A stretch of 64,000 bases of DNA. Origin: Octopus sinensis (taxonomy: Eukaryota). Of the stretch, positions 1-11,470 are shown one piece after another. Every line of letters begins with the position of its first letter. The first letter of the stretch is position 1. The stretch covers positions 66,216,001 to 66,280,000 of the forward strand of contig NC_043005.1 of NCBI RefSeq assembly GCF_006345805.1, written 5' to 3'. The notes beneath the pieces were generated by a model. That model ran no database searches. It was not told where the DNA came from and saw only the letters and a list, made by a program, of their open reading frames with translations. Position numbers and translations under genes: made by a program.

Positions 1-583
1 GGATGGAAGTCAAAGTCGACCTCAGCAGAATTTGAACTCAGCCTCCACAAGAAATATGAAAAAAGTGGAACCAATGGAGGAAAGCCTTTCTGTAGTTGCT
101 CGACCTTTTAGAAATAGCAACCATATTTACTTCAAATCACATTTTATCATGTTAGATTAGGAAGGAAAATATTAGAAAATGTAGAGCTGTATATGTATAC
201 GAAAAGATGTAGAGCTATATATGTATGCGAAAAGATGTGATATTAAAATAGTTAAATAACATTTGTCACACTCCCAAAATAGTCAATATGCTTATTTACA
301 AAAAGCAAAACAGTAACTCGACCTATTATGGACAGTAAACAAATTTCTCTCAAATTATACATTACCATCTTATATTAGGATGTAATTTTCCTGCTCTTAT
401 TTTATGATATAATATATAATCGGTCTTATTAAATGTCTGAATACCTTTAATGTTTTAGGCATTTCCCTACCAAGAGCACTTATTAGAAATTCAGTATATA
501 GTATTCTCATTAAATATATTTGATTAACGATATATATTGAGTTCTTTCTATAAAAAGAGCACTTAATACTGTATTCATTAAGA

Positions 584-700
584 ATGGAAAAACAATATCT
601 AGCAATATCACTTAAGGATATACCTATCCCCTCTAAAGACACCTATTTATTATCTGTGCTCCAGAAAACCAATGACTTAAACGATCGTAAGATTTCATGA
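584..700 (+). mobile_element. Penelope-like element N-terminal ORF fragment
   Basis: Translates as MEKQYLAISLKDIPIPSKDTYLLSVLQKTNDL, resembling the SLKNIPIPS-x-Y-L N-terminus recalled from C-terminal-GIY-YIG PLE ORFs; stops after 38 residues. Confidence 0.55.
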
Positions 701-1061
701 TGTAATTTTTCTGCTCTTATTTTATAATATATATGTCTTGCAAACAACTTGCACATGCAAGTGCTACCAGTTAAAAGCTCCGTATATCGGAAGCTAGCAA
801 GTGTATGGGGTCATCAGGAGAGAATGCGCGCCGTTTCGGGGCCTACCTCTCGACGGCATCAATGCACACCGACCCCCCCTCACTGATATGAGGCCCCGCT
901 TGCTAGATCAGCTGGTTATGAAGAACTCAATATACTTCTAGTTATCGCTCATCGTCTCTTTTTAACCAAATCCAGTGGCTAGCCTTCTCCACTGTAGATT
1001 GAATATCAGTCATGGTGGTATTGACTTTACGATGAGTTAGGCCTAGCGATAACAACAGTCG

Positions 1062-1066
<5 letters not shown>

Positions 1067-1152
<86 letters not shown>
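1067..1152. repeat. (TA)n microsatellite
   Basis: Near-pure TA run; one of many in the window. Confidence 0.95.
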
Positions 1153-1153
<1 letters not shown>

Positions 1154-1414
1154 CATTATATATACACATATGTACATATTCAGAAAAGACGAGCAGGCGA
1201 TAGTTTGTTATGTGGTATTTATGAAAGTGCCGAGTGAAACTATCGGCCCTCGAGTCATTTTTGCATTTCTGCCGATTAAAAATATGTAAAAAAATGTATA
1301 TATTCTCATATACTGAGTTCTACTTTTCCGGGTGATATTTCTGCTCGTTTTAGCAATAATATCATTAAAAGTCTCTGTAATATCTCGTTTTAGTGATACT
1401 AATGAAAGCGTTGT

Positions 1415-1850
1415 TATTCTTTTCTTCTCTAGGCACAAGGGCCGAAATTTTGGGGGAGGGGGCCAGTAAATTATATCGACCTCAGTACCGAACTGGTGTT
1501 TAATTTATCGACCCCGAAAGGATGAAAGGCAAAGTCGACCTCGGCGGAATTAAACTCAGAATATAAAGACAGACAAAATACCGCTAAGCATTTCGCCCGG
1601 CGTGCTTAACGTTTCTTATTTCTATATTGCCCACAAGGGGCTAAACATAGAGGGGACAAAGAAGGACAGACAAACGGATTAAGTCGATTATATCGACCCC
1701 AGTGCGTAATTGGTACTTATTTAATCGACCCCGAAAGGATGAAAGGTAAAGTCAACCTCGGCGGAATTTGAACTCGGAACATAACGGCAGACGAAATACG
1801 GCTACGCATTTCGCCCGGCGTGCTTAATGTTTCTGCCAGCTCGCCGCCTT
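1415..1850 (-). mobile_element. tRNA-derived SINE family A, head-to-tail dimer
   Basis: Reverse complement begins aaggcggcgagctggcagaaac, carries B-box-like gagttcaaattcc and body gtcgactttacctttcatcctttcggggtcga; a second 5'-truncated unit follows; same family at 24011-24429 and 44691-45110. Confidence 0.85.
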
Positions 1851-3009
1851 TGAAAGTGTTGTTACTGTCGTTGTTAATTGCACCAGATTAGTGCTGATCG
1901 AGTCAGACCTATACTGAAACGTATTTCTTCCATGACCATCCGACTGAGCTTATTTTGTGAAATATATTATTGTACTTTGTATAAAACTATCCAGCTTATA
2001 ATTTTTGAAGGGAAAAAGATTTAAATTGAAAGAGATTTGACCACTCACATCGCTCTCAATTTAAATGTCACATGTCGAGCGACAACATTGAAGCCCTCAC
2101 GTTGTTTTGTCGTGGAAGTTGTTTGTGGAGAAAATTATCATAGTAAAATGGTTTCAATGGACATGTTATTCTAACAGAAGTCCTGGAATGAATACGTTAC
2201 TGTTTATTATTAAATTTAAAGGAGCATATTAAAATGAAAACTATGAAATTGACGTTACAATTTAGTGGATTCAATACGAAATGGCATATTTGTTTCAATT
2301 GATTTTGAAGTATCAGATTTTATTGTCCGCTTTAAGAATGGAGAAGAAAATACACATTTGTTTTTGTCTAAAATAAACAGTGAATATGTTCTGAATATGT
2401 TAGAATAAATATGTTCGAGGAGTAGTCATCAGGAGTTGTTTTCTTGCCAAACCATTTACAGTTTCATATGTCTATAGTTACAAACACAAAGCGAATAATA
2501 GAATTTGAGAAGTAAAATATACAATTGATTCTATGGAATTTGAGTGTATGTTGCCGAGCAGATAGGATACTAGAAAACCATTAAGAGGGTATTGGTTCAT
2601 TCTTGCTGGCGGCAATGTCACATTGCTGTGCTTGTTTGTCAGTGGGCAACACTCTTAAAAGTTAACAGGTGAATCTGTTTTGTAGCTAACTGTACTTTAT
2701 TGTTCCTGCTTAATCCGAGTAAGCCATGATTTAATAAACCCATGGCCGCAGCATGGCGAAATTGATAACAAGTTCGCTTTGTAATCACGAAGTCGTGGTG
2801 TCGATCCCAGCAGTTGTGTTAGGCAACCTTCCCTCACCATTGCCTCAGTTGGAGCCGAGCTTTGTGAACGAAATTGGTTAGATTGAAACTGTTTGTAAGC
2901 CTATAGGATAAATCATACAAGTGATTTAATGGTAGCCTTGTCATTGACTTGTTCTATAGGTTCTCCTTTTATTTCTCAACATGTTTTGATGTGGTCATTA
3001 CAACTAATA

Positions 3010-3477
3010 TATATTATAAATATTTCTGTTCAGGTATTATTCTGCTTTCTATTACTGCTAGGTAGAATTTGACGAACATGGGCCCTCGGGTAGAACCAAT
3101 TGTTACTCCATCTCCTGTTTATATGGTTTGGTTTGTGGACTGTAAAATGGTACTTCCGTTGTACAGGTTACTAGCAGTTTTTCGTTAGTCGGTATCATAG
3201 GTATCTTTGTTTCTGAATCTTTGCATACATTATCTAATTTTGATTGTTTCTGTTACTGGAATATTAGTGAAAAGTATTTCATCATGTAGGCTAGAAGTGG
3301 CACCTATTTCGTTTGTTTCTTCTGAAAACATCTAGGTATTCTTCTGATGACCTGATATTGTAATTCCCTGATTTGTTTGTTTCGATACTGACATATATTT
3401 GTTTAGCGTTTTTATGTGTAAATGTACTTATTCGGGATATCATGCGTCGGAGTGAGTTGTTATATTTAGGTATTTTC

Positions 3478-3480
<3 letters not shown>
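3010..3480 (-). mobile_element. Penelope/Poseidon-type RT fragment, degenerate
   Basis: Minus-strand translation across frameshifts gives LFTNIPVTETI and GVTIGSTRGPMFVKFY, matching the PLE RT motifs SLFTNIP and GVAMGSPLGP-x-FANFY. Confidence 0.75.
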
Positions 3481-3536
<56 letters not shown>

Positions 3537-3541
<5 letters not shown>

Positions 3542-3710
3542 AGAGTTTACGAAAATACACAAAAGACGAAGACAGGTGGTGTACAAAACAAACAGATGTA
3601 GTAGTATAACGCTCAGGAATAGAGAAAGTCTTTTACGTTTCGAGCCTACGCTCTTCTACAGAAAGGGTCACAGAAAAACAAGGAGAGATTCAAGGAGAGA
3701 CAAAAATGTG
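3537..3710 (-). mobile_element. PLE pseudo-LTR-like repeat carrying a hammerhead-like motif
   Basis: Closely similar copy at ~21270-21460; lies upstream of the PLE RT fragment in the same orientation, separated by (TA)n. Confidence 0.65.
3630..3665 (-). ncRNA. Minimal type I hammerhead ribozyme-like motif (core variant CUGUAGA)
   Basis: Minus strand reads cttt-CTGTAGA-A-gagc-gtag-gctc-GAAA-CG-TA-aaag: stem I cttt/aaag, stem II gagc/gctc, palindromic ACGT stem III; A6 of CUGANGA is U. Confidence 0.55.
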
Positions 3711-3737
3711 TATAATGGCTAACGATCTATCAATCTA

Positions 3738-3776
<39 letters not shown>

Positions 3777-3854
3777 GATACGAATTCTTCTTCAATGTTA
3801 TGAAAGCATGATGTTTCTATTTATTGTAAATATTTTACTTAATTTGATTTCTAA

Positions 3855-3954
3855 NNNNNNNNNNNNNNNNNNNNNNNNNNNNNNNNNNNNNNNNNNNNNN
3901 NNNNNNNNNNNNNNNNNNNNNNNNNNNNNNNNNNNNNNNNNNNNNNNNNNNNNN
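3855..3954. other. Assembly gap (100 N)
   Basis: Run of N. Confidence 0.99.
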
Positions 3955-4331
3955 TGTTGTTGTTGTTGTTGTTGTCAGTAGTCGCTAACTGTGTAGTGTA
4001 TATGTCAATATGCGTGCACCTGTACTTTAATCTATAAGTGCCCGAGAATATGTGCGTGTGTGTGTGTGTGTGTATGTATGCGTGTGTGTGTATGCATGAG
4101 CGTGTATGCGTGAGTACGTGTGTATATGTACCTGTGCGTGTGTGCGTGAGTACGTGTGTATATGAACCTGTGCGTGTGTGTGTGCGTGTATATATATACA
4201 GGATATACAGGAAATATGTGTGCATATGTGCACACATATGAATATATATAAATGAATGTATATATATATATATATATATTCACACATATGAATATACACA
4301 CGCACACACAGAGACACGCATATATATATGA

Positions 4332-4368
<37 letters not shown>

Positions 4369-4793
4369 GGTATGTAGAAAAATACAACATGGACGAACGT
4401 ATAACTCTTAGAAGACGATACAATAAACACGGACAGGACATTCGAAACCCTCAGTCTTAAGTCAAGAACCGGATCATCGTAGTAATTTCGGCTGATTAAT
4501 ATATATATATATATATGAAAGTATATATATATATATATATTTATATACATACATACATAAATAGATACATACATACATACATACATATACACACGTACAG
4601 ATTCATGCGCGCATATTTCCTGTATATCAACATAATCGTCGTATGTTATTATGTATGTGCGTATAAATGCCTGTGTGAATGTATATGAATGCATGCATTA
4701 TACGTAGGCGTGTACGTGTGTATGTATGCATGTATGTATGTATGTATGTTATGTATGTATGTATGTATGTATGTATGTATGTATATATGTATG

Positions 4794-4827
<34 letters not shown>

Positions 4828-5302
4828 TGTATGTATGTATGTATCTATGTTATGTATAATACGAATGGATAGGAATGCGTGTGCGAGAATGCGAAAAGGT
4901 ACGTTTTTTTACGTACATAATTTTATCCTAGGGGCATCATTATTTTTCACCTTTAAAATAAGGGTATTCTGTTCAAATCCATTTTGGGACTACTATCATG
5001 TATTCATGAGTCAGATGTCTTTTTATCGAACTGGAACCAATCGACCGAATCTTTGTATAAATACACTTTAACAATTGTTTCATCGACGGGAAATTATAAT
5101 ACTATTAACAATACATTTCTATATTTATACACATGTATGATATATGTACATAAGCTCACACGCACATACACACACGCACACTAGTGTGTATGTATATGTG
5201 TGTGCGTCTGTGTATACATATATACATATACATATATATATATATATATACATACATACATACACACACACACATACACACACACACACCATATATATTA
5301 TA

Positions 5303-5349
<47 letters not shown>

Positions 5350-5369
5350 CCTCTTCTCTTCTCTTCTCC

Positions 5370-5870
5370 TCCTTCCTCCCGTCGTTGACCCGCGATGAGA
5401 GCTCTGTTAATGTTTTTCTGTCCTGGCTGCCTTCAAGTAGAGACGGCACTTTCTGTTGCTCCTTCGCCGTTCTCAAAAATAGCGTTCGTAATAGTTTATC
5501 TCGTTCGGCTTAACAGCCCTTCTTGTTTGTGTTACTGTTATTCTCCTTGTCCTGTCTTTTACTGTTTATATTTTGTACTGTCGTTACTGTCCTGTTTTTG
5601 TTACCATTTTTACTCCTCCGCAAAAAAATCTGAAATTTTATTTAATTTGATTTTCGCGGGAAGGAATGTTTCATTAAAGTCGTGTATCGTCTTGACCTTC
5701 GAAACGTGGAGTAGATTAAACAAATGCGACTGAAGAAGGGAAATTTTCCTTGTTTTGTATGTCCTGTACTCTATTTTTTCGCTGTTTAAGAAAAATGTCC
5801 ATTTCCTTGGTTTTGTGTTTATGTTTTCGTTTCTCATTGTGCTCGACGTTTTTTTTTTGGTGTCCTGTAC
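5370..5870 (+). repeat. Interspersed repeat, possibly another PLE pseudo-LTR with decayed hammerhead motifs
   Basis: Contains cgaaacgt and ctgaagaagggaa...ttcc; shares the gact(g/t)aaga...tgtcctgt layout with the reverse complement of 4370-4500; embedded in microsatellites. Confidence 0.3.
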
Positions 5871-6969
5871 CCATATATGCATGTATATATACATGTAGAG
5901 GTAGGTACGTACATATATGTATGAATATATGCATATGTTTTATTTATTTATTAATTTATATATATATATAGATATATATATACATATAAATATATATATC
6001 TTTTATCGATTGCTTCTTTCACTCAGAATACGGAGATGCTGGGCCACTGCCTTGAAGAATCATCATCAAACCCATAAATCTTTGTATTTACTTTTCCTTT
6101 TTAAATCTGTTGTCTACATTCTATCATTCCATTTCGCCAAACCGGTAATTTTGGAGAACGTAAACACACCAACACCGGTTGTCAAGCGGTGTGGGTGACA
6201 AACACAGATACACATATACACAAACACATACATATGAATCAATTCAACCATAAACTGCGAGTCAACAATACCGAGGCGTTGTAAATTTAGTATATCCAGT
6301 GGTTGAATTATTTCTCTGTATGTAAGCGTAAGGTTTTGTTGTCCACTAAATTCGTTTGTTAGTGTCATGTGAGGAAGTCATGATTTTTCTCTAAGTTAAG
6401 GTTGTTGTCTGTGTAAATTAAACATTTCAAATGGCAGAATGTACTTGTGTGTGAGCAGTTGTTGATGAGTGATGACTTGCATCAACCTCATAGAAGATAA
6501 AGCACAAATTTAAATCATGACAAAGTTTTAATATAAAAATCATTTTAACTGTACGTCAAAAAATTTAATATAATATATGCTATTAAACATAAAGGATGTA
6601 ACGAGGATTAGATAGGTCGACCAAAGCATATACTCTGAAGTAGACTGAATATTCATCGTCAACAATTAGAACACCCCAGTGCCAGACAAATCCCACATAG
6701 ACATATGCACAAACAATAAATTCCCTAAATTTCGAGTCTTCCCACTTGAACTTTGTTCGGTGAAAACCTCAGATCAAACACGAATATCAAAATACAAAAA
6801 TACGGACCACCACTGAAACAATTTACATTCGCGTCTTTTTTTCTCACGTAATTTTTGAAAATCAGACAAAATTTGTGAAATCAGTAAAGCCTTTAAATAT
6901 GAACCATCAAAAAAGCCTTCCTGTGCGTTTTCAACTTTATTTTTCATATTTCTACCTGCGTGGAATAAA

Positions 6970-7330
6970 GTTCGACTGCGGCCATGCTTGGGCATCATCT
7001 TGAAGAATTGTAGTCGAACGAATAACCTCGGTGCTTTTCTTTTTAAACTTGGTACTTATTTTATCTGTCTCATTTGCCGAGCCGCTAGTTACAGGGATGT
7101 AAACACCCAGACCGATGGTTAAGTGGAGGAAGGGTACAATTACAGACACAGAAACATGCACATATATTCGACGAGCTTCTTTCAGTTTCCCTTTTCACCA
7201 AACGCACTCACAAGTCTTTGGTCAGCCTGAGGCTGTAGCAGAAGACATTTGCCAAGGTGCCACACAGTTGGGCTCAACTTAGAACCATGTACCTGGGAGG
7301 CAAAATGCACACTATACAACGACACCACAC
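6970..7330 (-). mobile_element. tRNA-derived SINE family B, diverged
   Basis: gactgcggccatgc ... acgagcttctttcagtttcc ... ccaaggtgccacacag; antisense to the copy at 7603-8012. Confidence 0.8.
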
Positions 7331-7367
7331 ACGCACATGCACGCACGTGCTCACAGACACACACACA

Positions 7368-7590
7368 CAGTGTAATCCCTCAACTATTGCGGGTGTTACG
7401 TTCCAAAGCACCCCGCGATATGTGAAAATCCGTGAAGTAGAAAAAGTATTGTGCAGTATTTTCTTTTTTATTATTTTTATAAATTGTATATATTTGTTTT
7501 ATTGTAAGTGCAAAACAACAGCACAGAGGTACTTAGATAATAATAGATAATAAACCGCGATAGACGAACCGCAATACAGCGAGGGATTAA
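7368..7590. mobile_element. pogo/Tigger-like MITE
   Basis: Imperfect TIRs taatccctcaactattgcgg / ccgcaatacagcgagggatta; internal ccccgcgatatgtgaaaatccg resembles this class as recalled. Confidence 0.6.
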
Positions 7591-7602
7591 ATATATATAT
7601 GT

Positions 7603-8012
7603 ATAGGCGCAGGAGTGGCTGTTTGGTAAGTAGCTTGCTAACCAACCACATGGTTCCGGGTTCAGTCCCACTGCGTGGCATCTTGGGCACGTGTCTTCTG
7701 CTATAGCCCCGGGCCGACCAATGCCTTGTGAGTGGATTTGGTAGACGGAAACTGAAAGAAGCCTGTCGTATATATGTATATATATATGTGTGTGTGAATA
7801 TGTTTGTGTGTCTGTGTTTGTTCCCCTAGCATTGCTTGACAACCGATGCTGGTGTGTTTACGTCCCCGTCACTTAGCGGTTCGGTAAAAGAGACCGATAG
7901 AATAAGTACTGGGCTTACAAAGAATAAGTCCCGGGTCGATTTGCTCGACTAAAGGCGGTACTCCAGCATGGCCGCAGTCAAATGACTGAAACAATTAAAA
8001 AGAGTAAAAAGA
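7603..8012 (+). mobile_element. tRNA-derived SINE family B, full-length
   Basis: Head ataggcgcaggagtggctgtttggtaag...ggttcagtccc, internal microsatellite, tail ccagcatggccgcagtcaaatgactgaaac. Confidence 0.9.
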
Positions 8013-8069
8013 GAAAAGAGTATGTATGTATGTATGTGTATGTATATATATATATATATACACACACAC

Positions 8070-8300
8070 AGGGAGCATGGCTCAGTCAGGGGTTAGAGCA
8101 TCGGGCTCACGATCATGTGATTGTGAGTTTGATTCTCGGACTGGGCTGTGTGATGTGTTCTTGAGAAACGCTTTTCATTTCGTGTTGCTCCAGGTCACTC
8201 AATTGTAATTGCGACGTCACTGGTGCCAAGCTGTATTGGCTTTTGCCTTTCCCTTTGACAACATCGTTGGCATGGAGATGGGAGTCTGGTATTCATGGGT
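8070..8300 (+). mobile_element. tRNA-derived SINE family C-like, diverged
   Basis: gggagcatggctcagtcaggggttagagcatcgggctcacgatc...gagtttgattctc head and gtcactggtgccaagctg body. Confidence 0.65.
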
Positions 8301-8406
8301 GAATGGTGGTGTTCCATAAACAGTCTTTCCCGGATTTGTGCCTAGGAGGGGAAGTTTCTAGGGTGCAATTCCATGGTCATTTATTATCGGAGGGGTCTTT
8401 ACCCTT

Positions 8407-8446
<40 letters not shown>

Positions 8447-8448
<2 letters not shown>

Positions 8449-9052
8449 TCGCACCCTTTGTTTCTGCCGGGGACTCTTTCCACTAACAAGTTCCCCATAT
8501 AGCATCTGTTTAGAGATCCTGCTATCCTCCATTCTAATAAGGTGTCCAGCCCAACGTAACCGGTGCTTGTGCACCATCACATCCATACTCAAGACCTGTG
8601 TGTCTGGAGGTTTTAAGGTCCAGCCAACATTCAGAACGTGTCTCAGACATCTCTGATAAAAGCGTTCAAGGACCTTTACGTGACGTGTGTAAAGAATCCA
8701 TGTCTCACATGAGTAAAGGACCAATGTCAGTATACATGCACGGTACACAGCAAGTTTGCTTTGTGATGCCATGCTGGGACCAGACACGGGACTAAAATCC
8801 TCATTAAAGCCTGTGATATGCAGGAAACCAACTGGGAGAGCAATGCCTGTCATCGGCACAGATGGAGGAAGCAGGTTTAGGAGGGGGTCAACACCTTTCA
8901 GAGAGCACGTATTCTGCACGAAGAATTTGAGCGTGCCGCTCGAAAGCTCACTGCTAGCGTAACGAATGGAGAAAGCTTGGTTTGCTATGTCTGCAGTCGT
9001 GTATGCTTGTCAAGAGCAGGGTTCATTAGCCACCAACGAAGCTGCAAAGGCA
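8447..9052. mobile_element. RTE-clade LINE 3' fragment with an inverted 5' segment
   Basis: 8447-8790 on minus encodes RVWSQHGI/KLAVYRACILTLVLYSCETW...RWAGHLIRMEDSRISKQMLYGEL...RVRY; 8791-9052 on plus encodes the continuation LKSSLK/NWE...CYVCSRVCLSRAGFISHQRSCK (C-terminal zinc-finger-like motif). Confidence 0.85.
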
Positions 9053-9592
9053 AAATATTATTTATAATGAAAGAATTAATACACTCATGTTCTCAGCTCC
9101 CGCCATGTCATACCAATTACACTTACTAGTTCTCATGCCTCTTAGTTTGTATTCACTATTATCATCTATAAGCTATGAAACCCTCAGTAATCGGGTGATG
9201 GGTGTTCATTCTACGACAAATGTTTAAGACTAAAGAATGTTCATGTCAACCCCATTGTTGACGCTTACAGACAGGTAAAACTTATGGCTGAAGCAATTTC
9301 TACACTTTTCAGTTTGATTAAAATTGTTGGTTTATTTAAAATGAAATACGTTTCATTTCGGCTTATATCAAAACGTTGTATGGTGCCGAATGAAAAATGT
9401 GTCTGTACATACATGCATGCATGCATACATACATACATACATACATACATACATACATACATACATACATACATACATAAATTCATGCATACATACACAT
9501 ATATGTATACATACATACATGCATGCATACATACATATATGCATACATGCATACATATACATGTGTGTGTGTACATAAATATATACATATAC

Positions 9593-9639
<47 letters not shown>

Positions 9640-9935
9640 TACAAATAGATATACACATACGCACTTTTATGAACAGGGAAATATAGTGAAAGAAAAAAGA
9701 TAGATAGAGAGAGAGTGAAAGGGGGATAGAAAGAATGAAAGAGAGAGAGTGAGAGAGAAGGAGAGAGAGAGAGGGAATAACAAAGTGAAGGAGATATTTG
9801 TGTTAAGCTGTTGAATGTTGCCTGCATTAACAGTGTTTGATCGACAGTATATTCAACACGTACTTCAGATGACACTATAATGGTTGAGGTTGGGAAGATG
9901 AGCTAGACGGCGCTGCACCTGTGAGCTCACGGTTG

Positions 9936-9937
<2 letters not shown>

Positions 9938-9969
<32 letters not shown>

Positions 9970-9970
9970 G
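9938..9970. repeat. (CAG)n trinucleotide repeat
   Basis: gcagcagcagtagcagcagcagcagcagcagcag. Confidence 0.9.
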
Positions 9971-10339
9971 ATGGAATGTCGCAAATGTTTCCGCTCTAGC
10001 ATAAAATGAATTAATATCTGGGATCATTTGTTAGCAAGCGAATAACATTCTAAAACATTTCCAATAACTTTACAGATCTAATTTTTTTAACGCGAGGAAT
10101 AGAGAACTTATTTTCTGAATTTGTTTAATAGATCGTCAGGTTTAGGATGTGGGATGGATTTTATAGACTCTCTGTCTCATATTTATTTATGTGTTTATTT
10201 ATCTGCAGTAAAGGTGTCTCTCATATTGAGAACAAATGAGTCGTTGGATACACGTCTACAAAGGATAAGTTACTGGTACACAGCATTATCGGTGGCGCTT
10301 GTGCAAGTTGGTCCGTATAAACATCAGAAGAAATATTTA

Positions 10340-10755
10340 TACTCTTTTACTCTTTCACTTGTTTCAGTCATATGACTGCGCCCATGCTGGAGCACCGCCT
10401 TGAGTCGAGAAAATCGACCCCAGGACTTATTCTTTGTAAGCCTAGTACTTATTCTATCGGTCTCTTTTTTGCCGAACCGCTAAGTTACGGGGACGTAAAC
10501 ACACCAGCATCGGTTGTCAAGCGAAATTGGGGGGACAAACACAGACACACAAAGATATACACACATATATATATATATATACATATATACGACGGGCTTG
10601 TTTTAGTTTCCGTCTGCCAAATCCACTCACAAGACTTTGGTTGGCCCGAGACTATAGTAGAAGACACTTGCCCTAGGTGCTACGCAGTGGGACTGAACTC
10701 TGAACCATATGGTTGGTAAGCAAGCTACTTACCACATAGCCACTTCTGCGCCTAT
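10340..10755 (-). mobile_element. SINE family B, full-length
   Basis: Reverse complement of the family at 7603-8012; a partial copy follows at ~10770-10935. Confidence 0.9.
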
Positions 10756-10944
10756 ATTTTATCGTTTACTTCTTTCAGTCACTAGACTGCGACAAAGCCT
10801 TGAAAAGTGTATTTAGTCGAACGAATCGACATCAGTGCTTTTTTTAAAGCTTCGTAAATATTCCGTCGCTTTCAATTGCTGAACCGCTAAGTTATAGGCT
10901 CGTAAACACACCAGCACCAGTTGTCAAGCGGTAATAGGGAATGA

Positions 10945-11470
10945 TAGAAATTTTCTTTCATTGGAGAGCATTGATGTTTTCTTCAGCCCAGTTTTATACT
11001 GAATTCATAAGTTTCACTGTAAAATAGTATCATCATCCGGGTTCTTCATTAGAACTGATACTTCCGCATGAGCAGTGTTTTCATGATAGTTATGAAGTAG
11101 AATAACACGTGCAGTCATGTTGTATGTCATAGCAAAATCGGTTAGTGTAGGATTACTTGGCTGGTATTTGCCGAGGACATAGTAACAACTTAGTTCATCA
11201 GAAAGAGAACTTCTCAATTAAATCAGTTCATTGTCGAATCCTGTAAAACAGGGACGAACATGTGAAGACGGTGACATTTGCCCACTAGACAAATCCTGTA
11301 TACAGTGCTTTGCAAGTTAATAAATCCATCCATATTGAAGGATGTAGAGAAGTTCAAGTATTCTTGAAACATGTTCATAAGTGATAGAATGTAGAGGGCT
11401 GGCTTGGATACAGAAAATACTGATGCTGATGTAATAACACTCCAGTTTTGGCAGTCGGCCATCAGAAAAA
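10945..11470 (-). mobile_element. CR1/L2-group non-LTR RT relic
   Basis: Minus strand MKNPDDDTILQ followed after frameshift by NWAEEN and MLSNERKF, resembling the LQ-x-DL-x-Y-x-WA-x-x-NNM-x-FN-x-x-KF segment after the YADD motif; explains ORF 11014-11217; the upstream extent is less certain. Confidence 0.5.

Noticed and set aside
5690-5760. cgaaacgt ... ctgaagaaggg as a type II hammerhead
   Set aside because: Stem II closing pair mismatched and no convincing stem III or stem I; at best a decayed motif
6774-6998. ORF containing AQEGFFDGSYLKALL
   Set aside because: Start lies in a SINE, the donor is weak, and no family is recognised
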